64,000 bases of DNA from Eledone cirrhosa (Eukaryota): contig OZ024749.1 in NCBI GenBank assembly GCA_964016885.1, positions 248,001-312,000 on the forward strand, in the 5' to 3' direction. The number at the start of each line of letters is the position of its first letter. Within the stretch, counting starts at the first letter, position 1. Made by a program: the position numbers and the translations under genes. The notes below the pieces were generated by a model. That model ran no database searches, was not told where the DNA came from, and was given only the letters and a program-made list of their open reading frames with translations. Shown here piece after piece: positions 23,290-37,500 of the stretch.

Positions 23290-23500
23290 GTCCAAGGGAA
23301 AGGTAATGTCTAATACAGCTTGGCACCAGTGACATCACAACTATATATATATATATATTATATATGATGTCCAAGGGAAAGGTAATGGCTGCTACAGCTT
23401 GGCACCAGTGATATCACAACAATATATATATATTATATATGATGTCCAAGGGAAAGGTAATGGCTGATACAGCTTGGTACCAGTGACATCACAACTATAT
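23290..23500 (+). repeat. About 75-79-bp tandem repeat, 3 units (SINE-derived)
   Basis: GTCCAAGGGAAAGG recurs at 23290, 23369 and 23444. Confidence 0.75.
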
Positions 23501-23510
23501 ATACACTGTA

Positions 23511-24290
23511 TCATCATCATCATTTTAGGTCTTCTTTTCCTTGCAAGGGTGGGAAGGGTCCTATTCAGCACAGCATCTCTCCATTTGTCATGATCCTTCG
23601 TCATCTCCTCGGTGAGTTTCAGCAATCTGAGGTCAGCTCTCACCATGTTTTGCCTGGTCTTCCTCTACTGTGTCTTCCTTCTACTGGGATTACTTGGCAC
23701 TTCTTTCCCCAGCTGTCATCCTCTATGCCCATCACATGTCCATAACCTCTCAGTCTTCTCTCCTGCACGCTACAGCCTATCCCTCTTATAGACAGTTTCT
23801 CTCTCAACTTGTTTAGGCTTGGTCGTTCACGTACATTGACATTGCACATCCAATGGAGCATGCTTGCTTCATTTCTCTCCAGCCATCACATATTCTCCAC
23901 AGTTGCTGCCCATGTCTCACTACCATGCAGCATCGCGCATCTCACAAGGCATCATATAACCGGCCTTTCGTTCGTAGGGAGAAACCCTTCTTTGTCAACA
24001 GAGAAAGCAACTCCCTAAACTTCTTCCAACCTCTCCTTATTCTAGTTACTATGGCCTCGGAGAACCCTCCTCCCTTACTAATCTGATCACCTAGGTACTT
24101 GAAGCTATTAACCACTTCTATAGAACCTACCTCCATTTGAAAAATGTGTCTATCATTGCGACTTCTACTGTCAAATTTCCCTGTACATCTACTGCATATG
24201 TAGTTTTCCCTACCTGTTAGTTTGCCTGCTATCCCATTACACCTCTCGTATACCCAAGATCTGCATTGTGTACATTTTATAGAATTCATG
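23511..24290 (-). mobile_element. RTE-B 3' fragment
   Basis: ORF pieces 23392-24340 match the RTE-B C-terminus. Confidence 0.88.
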
Positions 24291-24375
24291 AGAATACGAT
24301 AGAGAGGGTGTGTGGGGGAAAGCATTGTAAATTGCCACATTATTTTCTACATTATTTATTTTATATTTTCCCCAG

Positions 24376-24432
24376 ATATACAAACCTTACAAAATACTTG
24401 TCCTAGACAAACCTCTGGACCCAACCTTAAAG
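24376..24432 (+). CDS. ANKRD27/VARP-like gene, coding exon 6 (IYKPYKILVLDKPLDPTLK)
   Basis: CCCCAG acceptor, GTAAGC donor; phase 0 to 0. Confidence 0.82.
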
Positions 24433-24829
24433 GTAAGCATGGTGTATTTCATTCTATCAATTGGTTGATTGATTAAGGCAGTTCATTGTGTCCTTGAGTA
24501 AGACACTTCATTTCACACTGCTAGAAAAAAATTTGTGCATGTAATTCAAATAGTCAGTTTTGTCACACATTGTGACAGTAGCATCTACTAATATATAATG
24601 CTCTTGTGTTTTGTACGTCACGCAAAGGGAGGTAACACATCATCATCATCATCGTCACTTATTACTGTTATATGCTATTATATAATTGTCAGGTTGTACT
24701 AAATATTATTCGCTTATTACTGTTATATGCTTGTCCAATTATGCCCAAATTTCGAGGATTTTATTTAAACCTTCTCGCTAACTACCCCATACCCCTCCCA
24801 CCCACCCCCACTCACCACCATTATTATTA

Positions 24830-27263
24830 TTTCGACCAATCATAAGTCAGCGGCCTATGCTATTTTTCTTCCGGTTGCCTTTCAATATGATGGATGGACT
24901 AGGAAATTCTAGAGAGTCTGAAAAAATCTGGACACTGAGTGACAATGCCAAAGATAAAGACAAATTCACCTCATGCTGCCGAACGAAAAGGCAAGGACTC
25001 CTCCTCTTTGTTTCGGCCGCACATGGCCAACATAACCCCAACCCCCTCCCCCCTCCCCGCACCCCACCGTTCCCACCCACCAAACGCAATCCAAAACTTC
25101 AGAGTTGGTACCATGAATGTAGGCACCTTAAAATGTCGCTCTAACGAGGTTGTAGAAATGCTTGAACGCAAGGAGGTTAATGTTTGCTGTATCCAAGAGA
25201 CCAGGTGGAGGGGTGGGTCTGCTAGATTCATTGTGGGTAAAAAACGATGCTATAAGCTTTTCTGGGTGGCAAATGACAATGGGCTGGGTGGGGTAGGAAT
25301 CATGTTAGCAGAAAAATGGGTAGATAAGATAATAGACGTAAATAGAGTGAACGACAGAATAATTAAAATAAGACTTGTCCTAAATAGAACTACTGTGACA
25401 GTAATATCTGCGTACGCACCCCAATCCGGACTGCCTGGCGTTATAAAAGACAGATTCTATGAGACATTGATGCTCACAACCTCCCAGATAACCGACAGTG
25501 ACTACATAATTATTGCTGGCGACCTAAATGGTCACGTTGGACAACATTGTGATGGCTATGTCGGAATCCATGGAGGCTATGGGTTTGGTACTAGAAATGA
25601 GGAAGGCGCCAGAATCCTGGAATTCTGTGACGCAAATAACCTAACTGTCTGTAACACTAACTTCAAAAAACGAGACAATCACTTGATCACCTATAGATCA
25701 GGGGAACACGCCAGTCAGATAGATTATATCCTTACCAGAAGACGTGATAGTGTCTATCGTAAACACTAAATCCCTCCCCCATGAAGAATGCACCTCCCAA
25801 CATAGACTCATAGTCAGCGACCTCATAGTCAGGACAAGACGTACTCGACAACAGAGGAGGACTATCCTCAGGAGAAAAATATGGAAGCTAAAGGACTCCA
25901 CAGCCAGTAATAAATTTAAAAGCATATTACTTGATGCTTTTGACAGTAAGGAAGAGCAATTAGAGTCGTACAATATAGAGAAACAGTGGGAATTCCTGAA
26001 AGCTAACCTGCTGAAGGCGGCAGATGATGTCTGTGGCTGGAGCAGGCCTATAGGCAGGAGGGGAGTAACGTGGTGGTGGAACAGTAAGGTGGAGGAGTCA
26101 ATTAAGGCCAAAAAGCAGGCTTGGAAAATATGGCGGGATGGGGGAAGTAGAGACGACTATCAAGTGGCCAGGAGGGAAGCTAGGAGACAAGTGTACTTCA
26201 CAAGAAGGGAAGCAGAGGAAAGAAAGTTCAAGCATGTTCTACAACGCGAGGACCAAAAACGTGAGGTGTTCAGGATTGCTAGGCAATGTGTCAAGGAAAA
26301 CCGTGATATTGTCGGGGAGAAGTGTGTCCTTAATGATGATGGTGTACTTGCCATCACTGACGCTGATAAGAAGGTAGCTTGGAAGTGTCACTATGAAAGG
26401 CTACTAAATGAGGAGAATAAATGGGAGAAAGACAGTCTCCCCCACATCGATCCAATAGAGGGACCAGCAGTGCTAGTTGAAGGTAGTATAAGTAAGGCAA
26501 TCAAAGATATGAAGACGGGTACGGTGGCTGGGCCTTCGGAAATAGTTGCTGAAATGCTGAAAGCATCTGGAACGGTGGGATACACTATGGTCACCCGGAT
26601 AGTAAACCAAGTCATACAGAATGGGGTCGTTCTGAAGGACTGGCGTAGCAGCATCATTATTAACTGCTACAAGGGTAAAGGAGATGCCCTAGATAGGGGT
26701 AACTATAGAGGCATTAAATTAATCAACCAGGTCATGAAGATCACAGAAAAAGTAATAGCGCAACAAATCAGAGAGCGAATTGATCTAGATGAAATGCAGT
26801 TCTGGTTTGTGTCAGGTAAAAGTACCACAGACGCTCTTTTCATTGTACGACAACTACAGGAGAAGTACCTAGCTAAAAGTAAACCCCTATACTTAGCTTT
26901 TGTTGACTTGGAGAAAGCCTTTGACAGAGGCCCCCACTCCATTATCTGGTGGGCTCTTAGAAAACTAGGTGTTGATGAATGGCTTGTGAGAGCTATACAA
27001 GCCATGTATAAAGAAACAGTCAGCAAGGTTAGAATTAACAACGAATATAGTGAAGAGTTTAGCATAAAGGTTGGTGTTCATCAGGGCTCCGTCCTTAGCC
27101 CCCTCCTATTTATTATTGCTCTTCAGGCTATAACAGAGGAGTTCAAGACCGGCTGCCCATGGGAACTCCTATACGCAGATGATCTAACGCTCATAGCTGA
27201 ATCAATGGCCGAACTAGAGAAGAAATTCCAAATATGGAAGCATGGCCTAGAATCAAAAAGCCT
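24830..27263 (+). mobile_element. RTE-A copy with 5' end, APE endonuclease and partial RT; 3' truncated
   Basis: ORF from about 24945 with GTMNVGTL, CIQETRW, SAYAPQ, GDLNGHVG and QIDYIL. Frameshift near 25750. RT extends through YADD. 5' boundary approximate. Confidence 0.92.
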
Positions 27264-28900
27264 ATAACAGAATACTGGTGTGTATGAATATAACAGGAGA
27301 CTCAGTTGTGTATATAACGTTTAATTAACAAGTTGAGGTTATGTAGAACAGTATAGTTGACATGTCAATGAGTAGTAGATGAAAGAATGAAGTAAAGTTA
27401 TTTGTTACCGTTTTGAAGTTAGCTCGCAAGAGGCCATGTTAGGGTTGCCAGACGAACGCGCCTGGCCGAAGGGCCAGGCAGGTTAGAAGGCCAGGAGCCG
27501 AAAGGCAAATGAGAGGTAGAGAGCTGAAAGTTATTACTTTTATAGGTCCTGGGACGGAAGTAACAAAAAGAGTTCTGCCACCCCAACGGGAAGTAACTCC
27601 AACTACTTCCTGTCTAGAGAGCGGTGATGTGATTGTCATAATAATGGAGGCAACTCTTGCTACATAATCTCCCGCCAGATTTTTTAAAATATAAAAATCG
27701 AATGAACCATGTATGGAGTAAGATGGCGAGCATGTTACAGGCATGAAAATAACGAAAAAAAATAGTGTTTGCAATAAAAGGAAAACGGCAAAATATATGC
27801 ATGCAAAAAGCAATGATAGATATCAAGGTAGCCAACCGCTCTTGGCCAGAGAACTATCTATCCATCACTCAAAGATACAATGTAATCAAAGAAAAAAAAG
27901 AGGTCAAAGTTCAAATGTTCCAAATACAGTTCACAGGTGTGCAATCACATGACAGCAGGAAAGAAAGTGTGTTTCAGAGAATGAATGCAGGTGGTTTATG
28001 GTCTGTGGTCTAACGTGAAATTTCCAACCTCCGAAGGGATTTTCTCACAGGAAGAGTGCTGCAAAAATAAATTCTCTGGCTTGTTCTGCTGGTTTTGGTT
28101 GTTGATGAAGCTGTGCAGTTGTTGTTGATGTTGTCGCGCGGAGTGAGCATATTCGATGTTGTTTAAATTCACAAAAAAAATGAGTTGCGCAAAGTGCTAG
28201 AAATAACAGCCAAAGTTGATGATCGATGTTGAGAATGCGTTGACCTGGAAGGGTCAAGAAGCCAGCGACCAAAGAAATAAGCATTCTGAATAAATGCGCA
28301 GTTTTCAACGGCAAATTTACGAGGTAAATTTTTAAACCGGCAAATAGGAGAATATAGCTTAAGGCTGGAGAATCCTTGGCAAGAAACATTATCTATGGCG
28401 TGTGGTATCTCAGTGAGTCGAGATGTGTGCTGCCTACACATGCCGAAACAAGGTTAAAGTCAAGTTGAAAAAAAATATATATTTCTATTGCGCAAGAAAA
28501 TGGCGCGAAAATGATAGTGCAACAGGTCCGTTGGCAGCCATTTTGAAAAATTTGTGTGTGAACGTGATAATATGATGAAAAAGAAAGAAAGGCTTCACTT
28601 GGTATAACAAATATGGTGAGTTCAATTTTTTTTGAACGATGAAAAAAACTTGATGGAAAGAATAAGCAATAGTTGAGATTCAGCAAAAATAAATGTTCAT
28701 GTTGAAATGTGTAAAAAAAAAATCAAATTTCTTTTTTTTTTTTAAATGTTCGTTGTAAGAAGAAACGAAAAACATATATATACATCCAGTGAAATGCGAC
28801 ACATAGTGGTTGTACGACATGTGCATGAAGGCAAAATTTTCTGTGAGAAAAAATTTCTTTTTTTTTTCTTTTTTGATGTGTTCGTTATAAGACAGTATAT
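27263..28900 (-). mobile_element. Putative LTR element remnant (3' LTR about 27263-27664, PPT, non-coding internal part)
   Basis: On the minus strand: PPT-like AAAATCTGGCGGGAGATTA, then TGTAGCAAG, with an internal TATAAAAG. No second LTR and no recognisable ORF. Confidence 0.4.
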
Positions 28901-29020
28901 GCGGAGAGAAATCCATGTTTAAGGAGGTCTGAGGGATTTCTTAGTCCGGAAAAAAGAAATATCACGTTAGGTGAGAGAAGAAGAGTTTGTCTGAACAAGA
29001 ATTTCACATGTGCGTGTGTT

Positions 29021-29145
29021 CGAATTTTCCCACTTGAGGCAAGATTGGTTGAGCAAGACAACCAATCTTGCCTCGGGTGGGAAAGTTCCTGTCCGGGCCC
29101 ATGCTGGCGTGAAGGATGGACGTTGGACGATGATGATGATGATGA
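29021..29145. repeat. Second copy of the RTE 3'-end hairpin with A>G-hypermutated arm (left arm truncated)
   Basis: Same junction GATTGGTTG-AGCAAGACAACC as 2771-2939. Confidence 0.88.
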
Positions 29146-29150
29146 TATAT

Positions 29151-29187
<37 letters not shown>

Positions 29188-29216
29188 GATATATATATAT
29201 ATAGATATATATATAT

Positions 29217-29266
<50 letters not shown>

Positions 29267-29276
29267 TTATATATAT

Positions 29277-29956
29277 AAAGCATAAACGAACTAAGGGGAA
29301 AATTAGAAATAAGAGGGATCAGATGTTGTTTACTCGAGAAAAGACTACGTTGGTACGGTCACGTGATGCGCATGAAAGATGACAGCTGTATAAAAAAGTG
29401 CAGGGCAATAAAAATAGACGGTAGCCACGGAGTAGGCAGACCCAGAAAAACCTGGGACGACTTGATAAATTCCAACCTCACACACTTACACCTCTCCAAG
29501 ACAATCTCACTGGACCGAGATCTTTGGCGATACACAGTAATACAGAAGATCCGCCTTGCCTAAGTACAAAGTGAAACCTACAGTCAGTAGGCACCTCTAA
29601 CAAAATACACCCCTGTCCCACTACCCCCACCCCATCCACACCACCCCTTCCAATGTAAAGTTATGTTGGTACCACAGCATCCAGTCCGAAACAAATGAGG
29701 TCGTGTAGGTATCACGACAAAGAAACACACAGTCCACGCTGTAATGTGGCCGTGTAGGTAACACTGTAAAAACCTCCCAGCCCCACACTGTAAACGTGGT
29801 TGGTGTTAGGAAGGGCATCCAGCCGTAGAAAACCTGCCAGACAGTCCTATACGAGCAAGACAACCAATCTTGCCTCAAGTGGGAAAATTCCCGTCCAAAC
29901 CCATGCTAGCGTGGAAGATGGACGTTAAACGATGATGATGATGATGATGATGATGA
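29277..29956 (+). mobile_element. RTE-A 5'-truncated copy
   Basis: 3' ORF end, UTR and (GAT)n tail. Confidence 0.92.
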
Positions 29957-30238
29957 TACATGTCTGTGTATATTTTAATTATTTAAAAATTAATTTTAAG
30001 TGAACGTGACCCAACGGGTGAGGGGTGGTCTAGTTAAAAATAAGATTAGAATTTTATTTCTCGCCCTAGCACAGCTGATACATAAATGTAAGTATGCACA
30101 CATACACATATATATACACATGTACATGGCCCGATTTAGGCTGTGCCGCGCTGGTGACCAATCGTCACCTGTTCGTTCAACACTGGCTTTGAGGAACAAT
30201 CAACATGTTTCTGGGTCATTACATATGTATATATGTGG

Positions 30239-31551
30239 CATCATCATCATCTTCCACGTTAGCATAGGTTAGAGGGGAATTATCCCACTTGAGGCAAGAT
30301 TGATCGGAAGACTGTCTCACTAGTATAGGACTGTATCTGGCAGGTTTTCTACAGCTGGATGTCCTTCCTAAGACGAACCACACTTACAGTGTGGACTGGG
30401 AGCCTTTTCCTCATGGCACCTACACAAACTCTTTAGGTTGGACTAGATGTTCTGTGGTACCAACATAACTTTATAGAGAAAGGGTGGTGTTGGTGGGAGT
30501 GGGAGGTTGGTGTAGGGGTAGTGGGCTGGGGTGTATATTGGATTAAGAGGTGCCTATTGACTAGGTTTAAGTCTGTATGCAAGAGTAGGCGGGTCTTCTA
30601 TATTACTGCGTAGAGCCAAAGATCTTGATCCAGTGACATTGTCTTACATTGTATGTAAGTGAGCAAGGTCAGTTTATATCACTTCGTCCCAAGTTTTCCT
30701 TGGTCTACCCACTCCGTAGCTTCCATCAATTTTGATTGCTCTGCACTTTTTTATACAGCTGTCGACCTTCATATGCATCACATGTCCATACCAATACAAT
30801 CTCCTCTCCAAAACACAACATTTAATACCTCTTATGCTTAGTCTCTCTCTCAATTCGTTTATGCTATGCCGTTCGAGTACATTACTATTACACATCCATC
30901 GGAGCATGCAAGCTTCATTTCTTTCTAATCTACGCAAGTCTTCAGCACACAATGCCCAGGTCTCACTACCATGTAACATTGCTACTTGTATACAACCATC
31001 ATACAATCTACCTTTCACTTTTAGAGAAAAACTCCTTGTGGCCAACAGCAGTATTAGCTCTCTGAACTTTTTCCATCCCATTCTAACTCTGGCTACTACA
31101 CTTTCAGAGCACCCTCCTTCACTGCTGATTTTGTCACCCAGGTAACAGAAAGTGACTACTATTTCTATAGAATCGTCTGAGTAGTCGAAGGAGATATCAT
31201 CCAGTGGGTCCTTGCTACTTACTGCACCTGAGCATCATGCACATATAAAATCTACATTCTTAGATAGCTTACCTGTGATCACACTACATCTTTTATGTAC
31301 CCATAGTTTGCATTTGGGGCATAGAATGGAATTTCTACCTACTCCTTTCTTACTCACTGAGCATGGCCATTTCCCAGTGGGCACCTGTGCCCTATTCTCC
31401 TTTCTACATACTAGAACTTTAGTCTTAGACAAGTTGACTTTTAATTCTAGGCCATGCTTCCATGTTTGGAACTTCTTCTCTAGTTCAGCCATAGATTCAG
31501 CTATGAGAGTTAGATCATCTGCATATAGAAGTTCCCATGGGCAGCCAGTCT
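30239..31551 (-). mobile_element. RTE-A-like 3' fragment, degenerate
   Basis: ORFs 30674-31081 and 31235-31492. Confidence 0.88.
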
Positions 31552-31559
31552 TATTACTC

Positions 31560-32422
31560 TAGAACTGATCTGTAAGACTTTCTGAATGTACTGGCCAAAT
31601 ATTCACTGGAGGCTGGCTTACACATCAACAGCAAAACAAAATGTATGACAACTGATAAAAACAATGCCAATCTCCAGCTCACAATCTACAACCAGCAAAT
31701 TGCTCAAGTTAGGGAGTTTGTATATCTCGGTCACAAACTATCATCAAACAACAATGGAATGGTTGCTGCGCAGTCTCACATCACTCTAGGCTGAGCAACT
31801 TTCCACAAGAACAAGGAAGTACTAACATCAAAACGAGTTTCCTATCATTTGAAGGCTAAGATCTTTGATCCTTACATCCTACCAGTTGTGTTATATGGTC
31901 TTGACTGTGTTAATTGGACGATAAGGTCACTTCAGAAGCTTTCTACATTCCAGAACCACATCATGACTTATGACTGGCAACCGCCTCAGCGACCATATCT
32001 GTATCAGTGAACTGCTCAACATTACCAGCCTTAGACCAATTACATCAATTGTCAAGTTAAGAATACTCAAGCTATATGGTCATATAAAAATATCAACTCA
32101 TGGTGTGAGTAGGTTATGCCTGGAAGGAAGGTTGGCTGGTAAGAGAAGCAGAGGCCGGCAGCCAAACCAATGGCTTGATAATGTCAACTTATGGACTGGA
32201 CTTGACCGTTGCTCTGTAAACTCTGCTGTTGGTGATCAAAAGGTATTATATATTCCTGGGAGGAAGGTTGGCTGGTAAGAGAAACAGAGGCCAGCAGCCA
32301 AAACAATGGCTTGACAATGTCAATTTATGAACTGAACTTGATCTTTGCTCTTTAAACTCTGCTGTTGGTGATCAAACTTTGTGGAGAGAGATATGACATG
32401 TTGATGTGCAGTCTGCAACTGG
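31560..32422 (+). mobile_element. RTE-like LINE 3' fragment
   Basis: ORF 31970-32278; extends further than the inverted copy at 13170-13790. Confidence 0.8.
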
Positions 32423-32483
32423 CGCAGTTTAGCGTCACAAGAGTACATACTTACATTTAATACATTAGTTGTTTCTATTTCAG

Positions 32484-32548
32484 CCAACAAAGAGTGGAAA
32501 CAAACCTCACAACAGCAATTTCTTTACACCGAAGCCAACTGCAGAACA
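32484..32548 (+). CDS. ANKRD27/VARP-like gene, coding exon 7 (PTKSGNKPHNSNFFTPKPTAEQ)
   Basis: TTTCAG acceptor, GTAAGT donor; phase 0 to 2 links exons 6 and 8. Confidence 0.8.
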
Positions 32549-32569
32549 GTAAGTGTGGTTTACTTTTGT

Positions 32570-33605
32570 GTGGTAGTGGTGGTAGTGGTGGTGGTTGTGG
32601 CTGTGGTGGTTGTGGCTGTGGTGGTGGTGGTTGTGGCTGTGGTGGTAGTAGTGGTGGCTGTGGTGGTAGTGGTGGTTGTGGTGGTAGTAGTGGCTGTGGT
32701 ACTGGTGGTGGTTGTGGTATTAGTAGTAGTAGTTGTGGCTGTCGTGGTAGTTGTGGCTGTGGTAGTAGTGGTGGTGGTTGTGGCTGTGGTTGTAGTGGTG
32801 GTAGTTGTAGCTGAGGTGGTAGTGGTGGTAGTTGTAGCTGTGGTGGTAGTGGTGGTAGTGGTGGTGGTTGTGGCTGTGGTGGTAGTGGTGGTAGTAGTAT
32901 TGGCTGTGGTGGTAGTGGTGGCTGTGGTAGTTGTAATTGTGGTAGTAGTAGTAGTTGTGGCTGTAGTGGTGGCTGTGGTAGTAGTGGCGGCTGTGGTAGT
33001 AGTGGTGGCTGTGGTAGTAGTGGTGGCTGTGGTGGTAGTAGTTGCTGTGGTGGTAGTGGTGGCTGTGATGGTAGTGGTGGCTGTGGTAGTAGTGGTGGTT
33101 GTGGTGGTAGTGGCGGCTGGGGTAGTAGTGGTGGCTATGGTGGTAGTGGTAGTAGTAGTAGTTGTGGCTGTAGTAGTAGGCGTGGTAGTGGTGGTAGTGG
33201 TGGCTGTGGTGGTAGTGGCGGCTGGGGTAGTAGGGGTGGCTGTGGTAGCAGCAGTAGTTGTGGCTGTAGTGGTGGCTGTGGTAGTAGGGCTGGTAGTGGT
33301 GGCTGTGGTGGTAGTGGTGGGGTGGGGTAGTAGTGGTGGTAGTGGTGATAGTGGTGGCTGTGGTAGTAGTGGTGGCTGTGGTGGTAGTGGCGGCTGTGGT
33401 AGTAGTAGTAGTTGTAGCAGTAGTAGTAGGCTGTGGTGGTGGTATTGGTGGCTGTGGTGGTAGTGGTAGCTGCGATAGTGGTGATAGTAGTTGCTGTGGT
33501 GGTAGTGGCAGTGGTGGTTGTTGTGGTAGTGGTGGTGGTAGTGGCTGTAGTGGTGGTGGTGGCTGTGGTGGTAGTAGTTGTTGTGGTGGTTGTAGTGGTA
33601 GTGAC
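32570..33605 (+). repeat. Complex (GGT/AGT/GGCTGT)n microsatellite
   Basis: Direct reading. Confidence 0.95.
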
Positions 33606-34550
33606 TAATAGCTATATTATAAAAATTACTCCTTAACCCTTAAGCATTTAAAACAGCCGGCTTTAACCTGCCACTCATACTGACGTTAAGGTATTGTTCT
33701 CAAAATAAATAATATCAAAATACAATAGTATATATAGAGTAATGTAAATGTTATGAGAGATATGTGAGGTAAAGCCTTTACTGTGAAAATACAATAGTAT
33801 ATATAGAGTAATGTAAATGTTATGTGAGATATTATGTGAGGAAATGATATTATGTGATGTAAAGACTTTACTGTGAAAATACAATAGTATATATAAAGTA
33901 ATGTAAATGTTATGTGAGATATTATGTGAGGTAAAGCCTTTACTGTGAAAATACAATAGTATATATAGAGTAATGTAAATATTATGAGATATTATGTGAG
34001 GTAAAGCCTTTACTGTGAATATACAATAGTATATATAGAGTAATGTAAATGTTATGTGAGATATTATGTGAGGTAAAGCCTTTACTGTGAAAATACAATA
34101 GTATATATCGAGTAATGTAAATGTTATGTGAGATATTATGTGAGGAAAAGCCTTTACTGTGAAAATACAATAGTATATATAGAGTAATGTAAATGTTATG
34201 AGATATTATGTGAAGTAAAGCCTTTACTGTGAGAATACAATAGTATATATAGAGTAATGTAAATATTATGTGAGGTAAAGCCTTTACTGTGAAAATACAA
34301 TAGTATATATAGAGTGATTTCTTTATTTGCCACTAGGGCACAAAAGGTAGGGACAGATACAAGGGGGGAAGTTTACATATAATTAATGAGTACAAAAATA
34401 TAACAATGAAATAACAACAAACGAAGTCCTCAATAGGGAGGGGGGCATTAACATGAGTCACACACACCCCGGAAAAAATGTGCAACCCTTCTCCTCAGGA
34501 GCACAAAGAGTAGGTGCTTCCCTCGTCTCCTCTTTTTCCTCTTCTTTCAC

Positions 34551-37500
34551 CTACAGGCTGATATAGAGAGAAGACCCATTCACTCTGGCCATTCTCCCTA
34601 CTTTCACTCACCTTTCATAAAACTTGCTGGAGTAGAGCACCTCTCTCTCCATTCTGATCCTTCTTTTAAAATGGTATTTGAAAAAGGGGACCAGTTGTTG
34701 GCCGGAGAGAAAGGTGTCTGACCTCAGCCCTTTCAGCCTCGTCTACCATACAACTTCTTTAGCCATGGCTATCACACAGAGAAAAACCGCCTCTCCTTCG
34801 TTTTTGAAAGGGGGAGGCGGTTTGATCGTGACAATGGACTCGGTGGTCAACCGGATTGGTCCCACCCTCGACAGTAGTCGTTCCACATAGCCCCACAGGT
34901 CAGCAATGCCTGGGCAGTGTACGCATGCGTGCGCAACGGTTTCGTCGTCATGCACGCATCTCGGACAGATCTTATTCAAAGGATCCCTACCCAGGCTCCC
35001 ATGCCTGTGGAGCTTGTCTCGAACGGGTAGAGCCCCTCGGTAGCACTGCCAAGCCAGGGACTTTTGGAAGTTGTCCATCGGTCCAGGGCCAAACATCCTA
35101 CCGAATAGACTGGCCAGTTCATCTTCCTCCATGCCTAGAGCTTCTCCGAGAGCATCGTCGCACCTGCTGCGTACCAACCCTCTATAGAATGTCGAGGTGG
35201 AGTCTCCACTGATTGCCGGGTCTGCTTTCCAGAGGGCCGTGAGCGCCTGGGCACATTCAATGTGCCAGTCGCCCACTTTTCTCGGTCTTTGCTTGACCCA
35301 GGATTGCAGCTCGGTGAGCGAGACGAGTCTGGGAAAGGCTCGCCTCACAAACGGGGCCCACACCGGTTGACCGGTGAGGAATACCTGGAGGTGCCGTAGC
35401 CTTAATGCGTGTTTACGCATCTGTAGCCACGGCATCCCCAGCCCTCCTTTCGAAGGGTGTTGACAGCAGATGGATCTCCTCACCAAAGGGGTCCGCTTGT
35501 TCCAAAGAAATTGGAACAGCGCGCACTCCATTTTGGCGAGTCTTTTCACTGGGCAAGGCACGACGGTCAAGCGGTAGTAGATGACGGATGCTATATAAGT
35601 ATTCGCCACCTCCGCTCGACCTTTCAGGGATAGTTTGCACTGGGCCCACTTCTGGGTGAGTGCAAACACCCTGGCCATTACCTCGTTCCAGTTTTTCTCC
35701 ACCTGGAGGTCTGGTCCGAACCAGACCCCAAGCAGCTTCACCGGGCCCTCCGTCCAGCGTCCGACGACGTCATTGGAGGGCATCGGTTTGCCTCTCCATG
35801 TTCCAAGTTGCAAACCGACAGACTTGTCCCGGTTCAGCTTGGCTCCTGTAAACCTTTCATATTCCTCCAGTAAGGTGCCGATCTCACCGATTTGCGAGGT
35901 TTTCGACACCATTACTGTCACGTCATCGGCGTAGGCCGACGCCGCTTTCTGCAATCCCGGTTCCAAAGGGATGCCCTGCAACCGCTCCAACTTCCGCAGT
36001 AGTGGCTCAAGAGCCAGCACATACAGAAGGGAGGAGAGAGTGCATCCCTGTCGGATGGATCGCATGATTTGGAACGGCTCCGAGAGGTGGCCGTTCACCT
36101 TGACTCTTGAGCAGACGTTGCTGCTGTGCATCGCAGCAATCCAACCCCTGAAAACGGGTCCGAAGCCTGCCGCCGCGAGCACCGCATCCAGGTAACGATG
36201 GTCAACCCTATCGAAAGCTTTAGATTGATCCAAGTTGATCAGGGCCCCACCAAAGCCGGGTTCATTCCCTACCCTCTCTATGATGTATCGCATAAGGTGG
36301 AGATTGTCGTGAATGGACCTGGACGGGATTGCGCATGTCTGCGCTTCTCCCACCAGGTTTCCGACGACAAGCGCCAACCTCTTCGCTAACACCTTGGCCA
36401 AAATCTTTAACTCTGTATTTAGCAGAGTTATGGGCCTGAAGTTACTTATGTCATCCCCCTTGTTCTCATCCTTCCTCACCAGCGTAACTACGCCCTTGGT
36501 CACAGAACTGGGAATTCTCCTGTTCTGCTGCCAGTTGCAGTAGACCGCTTCGAGGATATCGGAGAACAAGTCCGGCATCGCTACCTATAGCTCGTATGGT
36601 AGACCATCGAGACCCGGGGATTTGCGTTTGCCGCATTGGCTCAGCGCCGCCCCTATCTCAGCAGCTGAAATCGTCCTTTCGCAGGACTTCGCCTCCGCGT
36701 CCGAGAGGCGCGGCAGACCGTCAAGGTATGGATTGAAATCCATAGTCTCACCCGGCGCGCCGCCCCTCTCGAACAGTCGTGCAAAGTGCCGCTGAAAGGC
36801 CACACACATCTGCCCAGGTTCAAGGATCACACGCCCATCCTGGTCCTTCAAAGACCGAATCGTGGACTTGTTCCCACTTTTTGCCTCTGTCACTCGGGCC
36901 CAGCTCACAGCTTTGGCTCCCTCGTTACCCAGAGCACGTATTTTACTCCTGACAACGCAGCCTTCATGCTTCACCTCAAAGAACTGGTCTAAGGCCATTC
37001 TTGATGCCAGCACGCCGGCTACATTGCCACTCCTAATCGCCTCTTCTACTCTATCTACTAATTCCCTTTCCGTCTTGTTCCTATCCCTTGCTAATTCCTG
37101 ACTAAAACCTATTGATTCTATTCTAATTGCTCTCTTAAGAGAGCTCCACCACCTGTTGTTGACAATTGCCCCTGTCAAACTCTGCTTAACTAATGTGCTA
37201 ATCCGTTTACTGTAAGCTTTGCTTGTCGGTAAGGACAAGTTCAGCTTCCAGTAACCGGGTCCCTGTCTATGGGTTCTATCAAGGTTGGCTATGCAGGTCA
37301 CTAACTTGTGATCCGAATAGTCAACCATGAACATTTTTGGACAGCTAAATGTGTCCCTATCCTTCTCTCTAACTAGGACCCTATCTAGGTACGACCTAGA
37401 TGTTCCGCTGTGATTGGTCCACGTCCATAGTGGTACAGTCGGAAAATCTAGTCGATATCTATCGGCCAGGTCAAATCGGCCGATTAACCTTTTGAGGCTT

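Noticed and set aside
28924-28970. Possible extra exon (AG...GTGAGA)
   Set aside because: Its phase is incompatible with the chain, and exons 6, 7 and 8 already join in frame.
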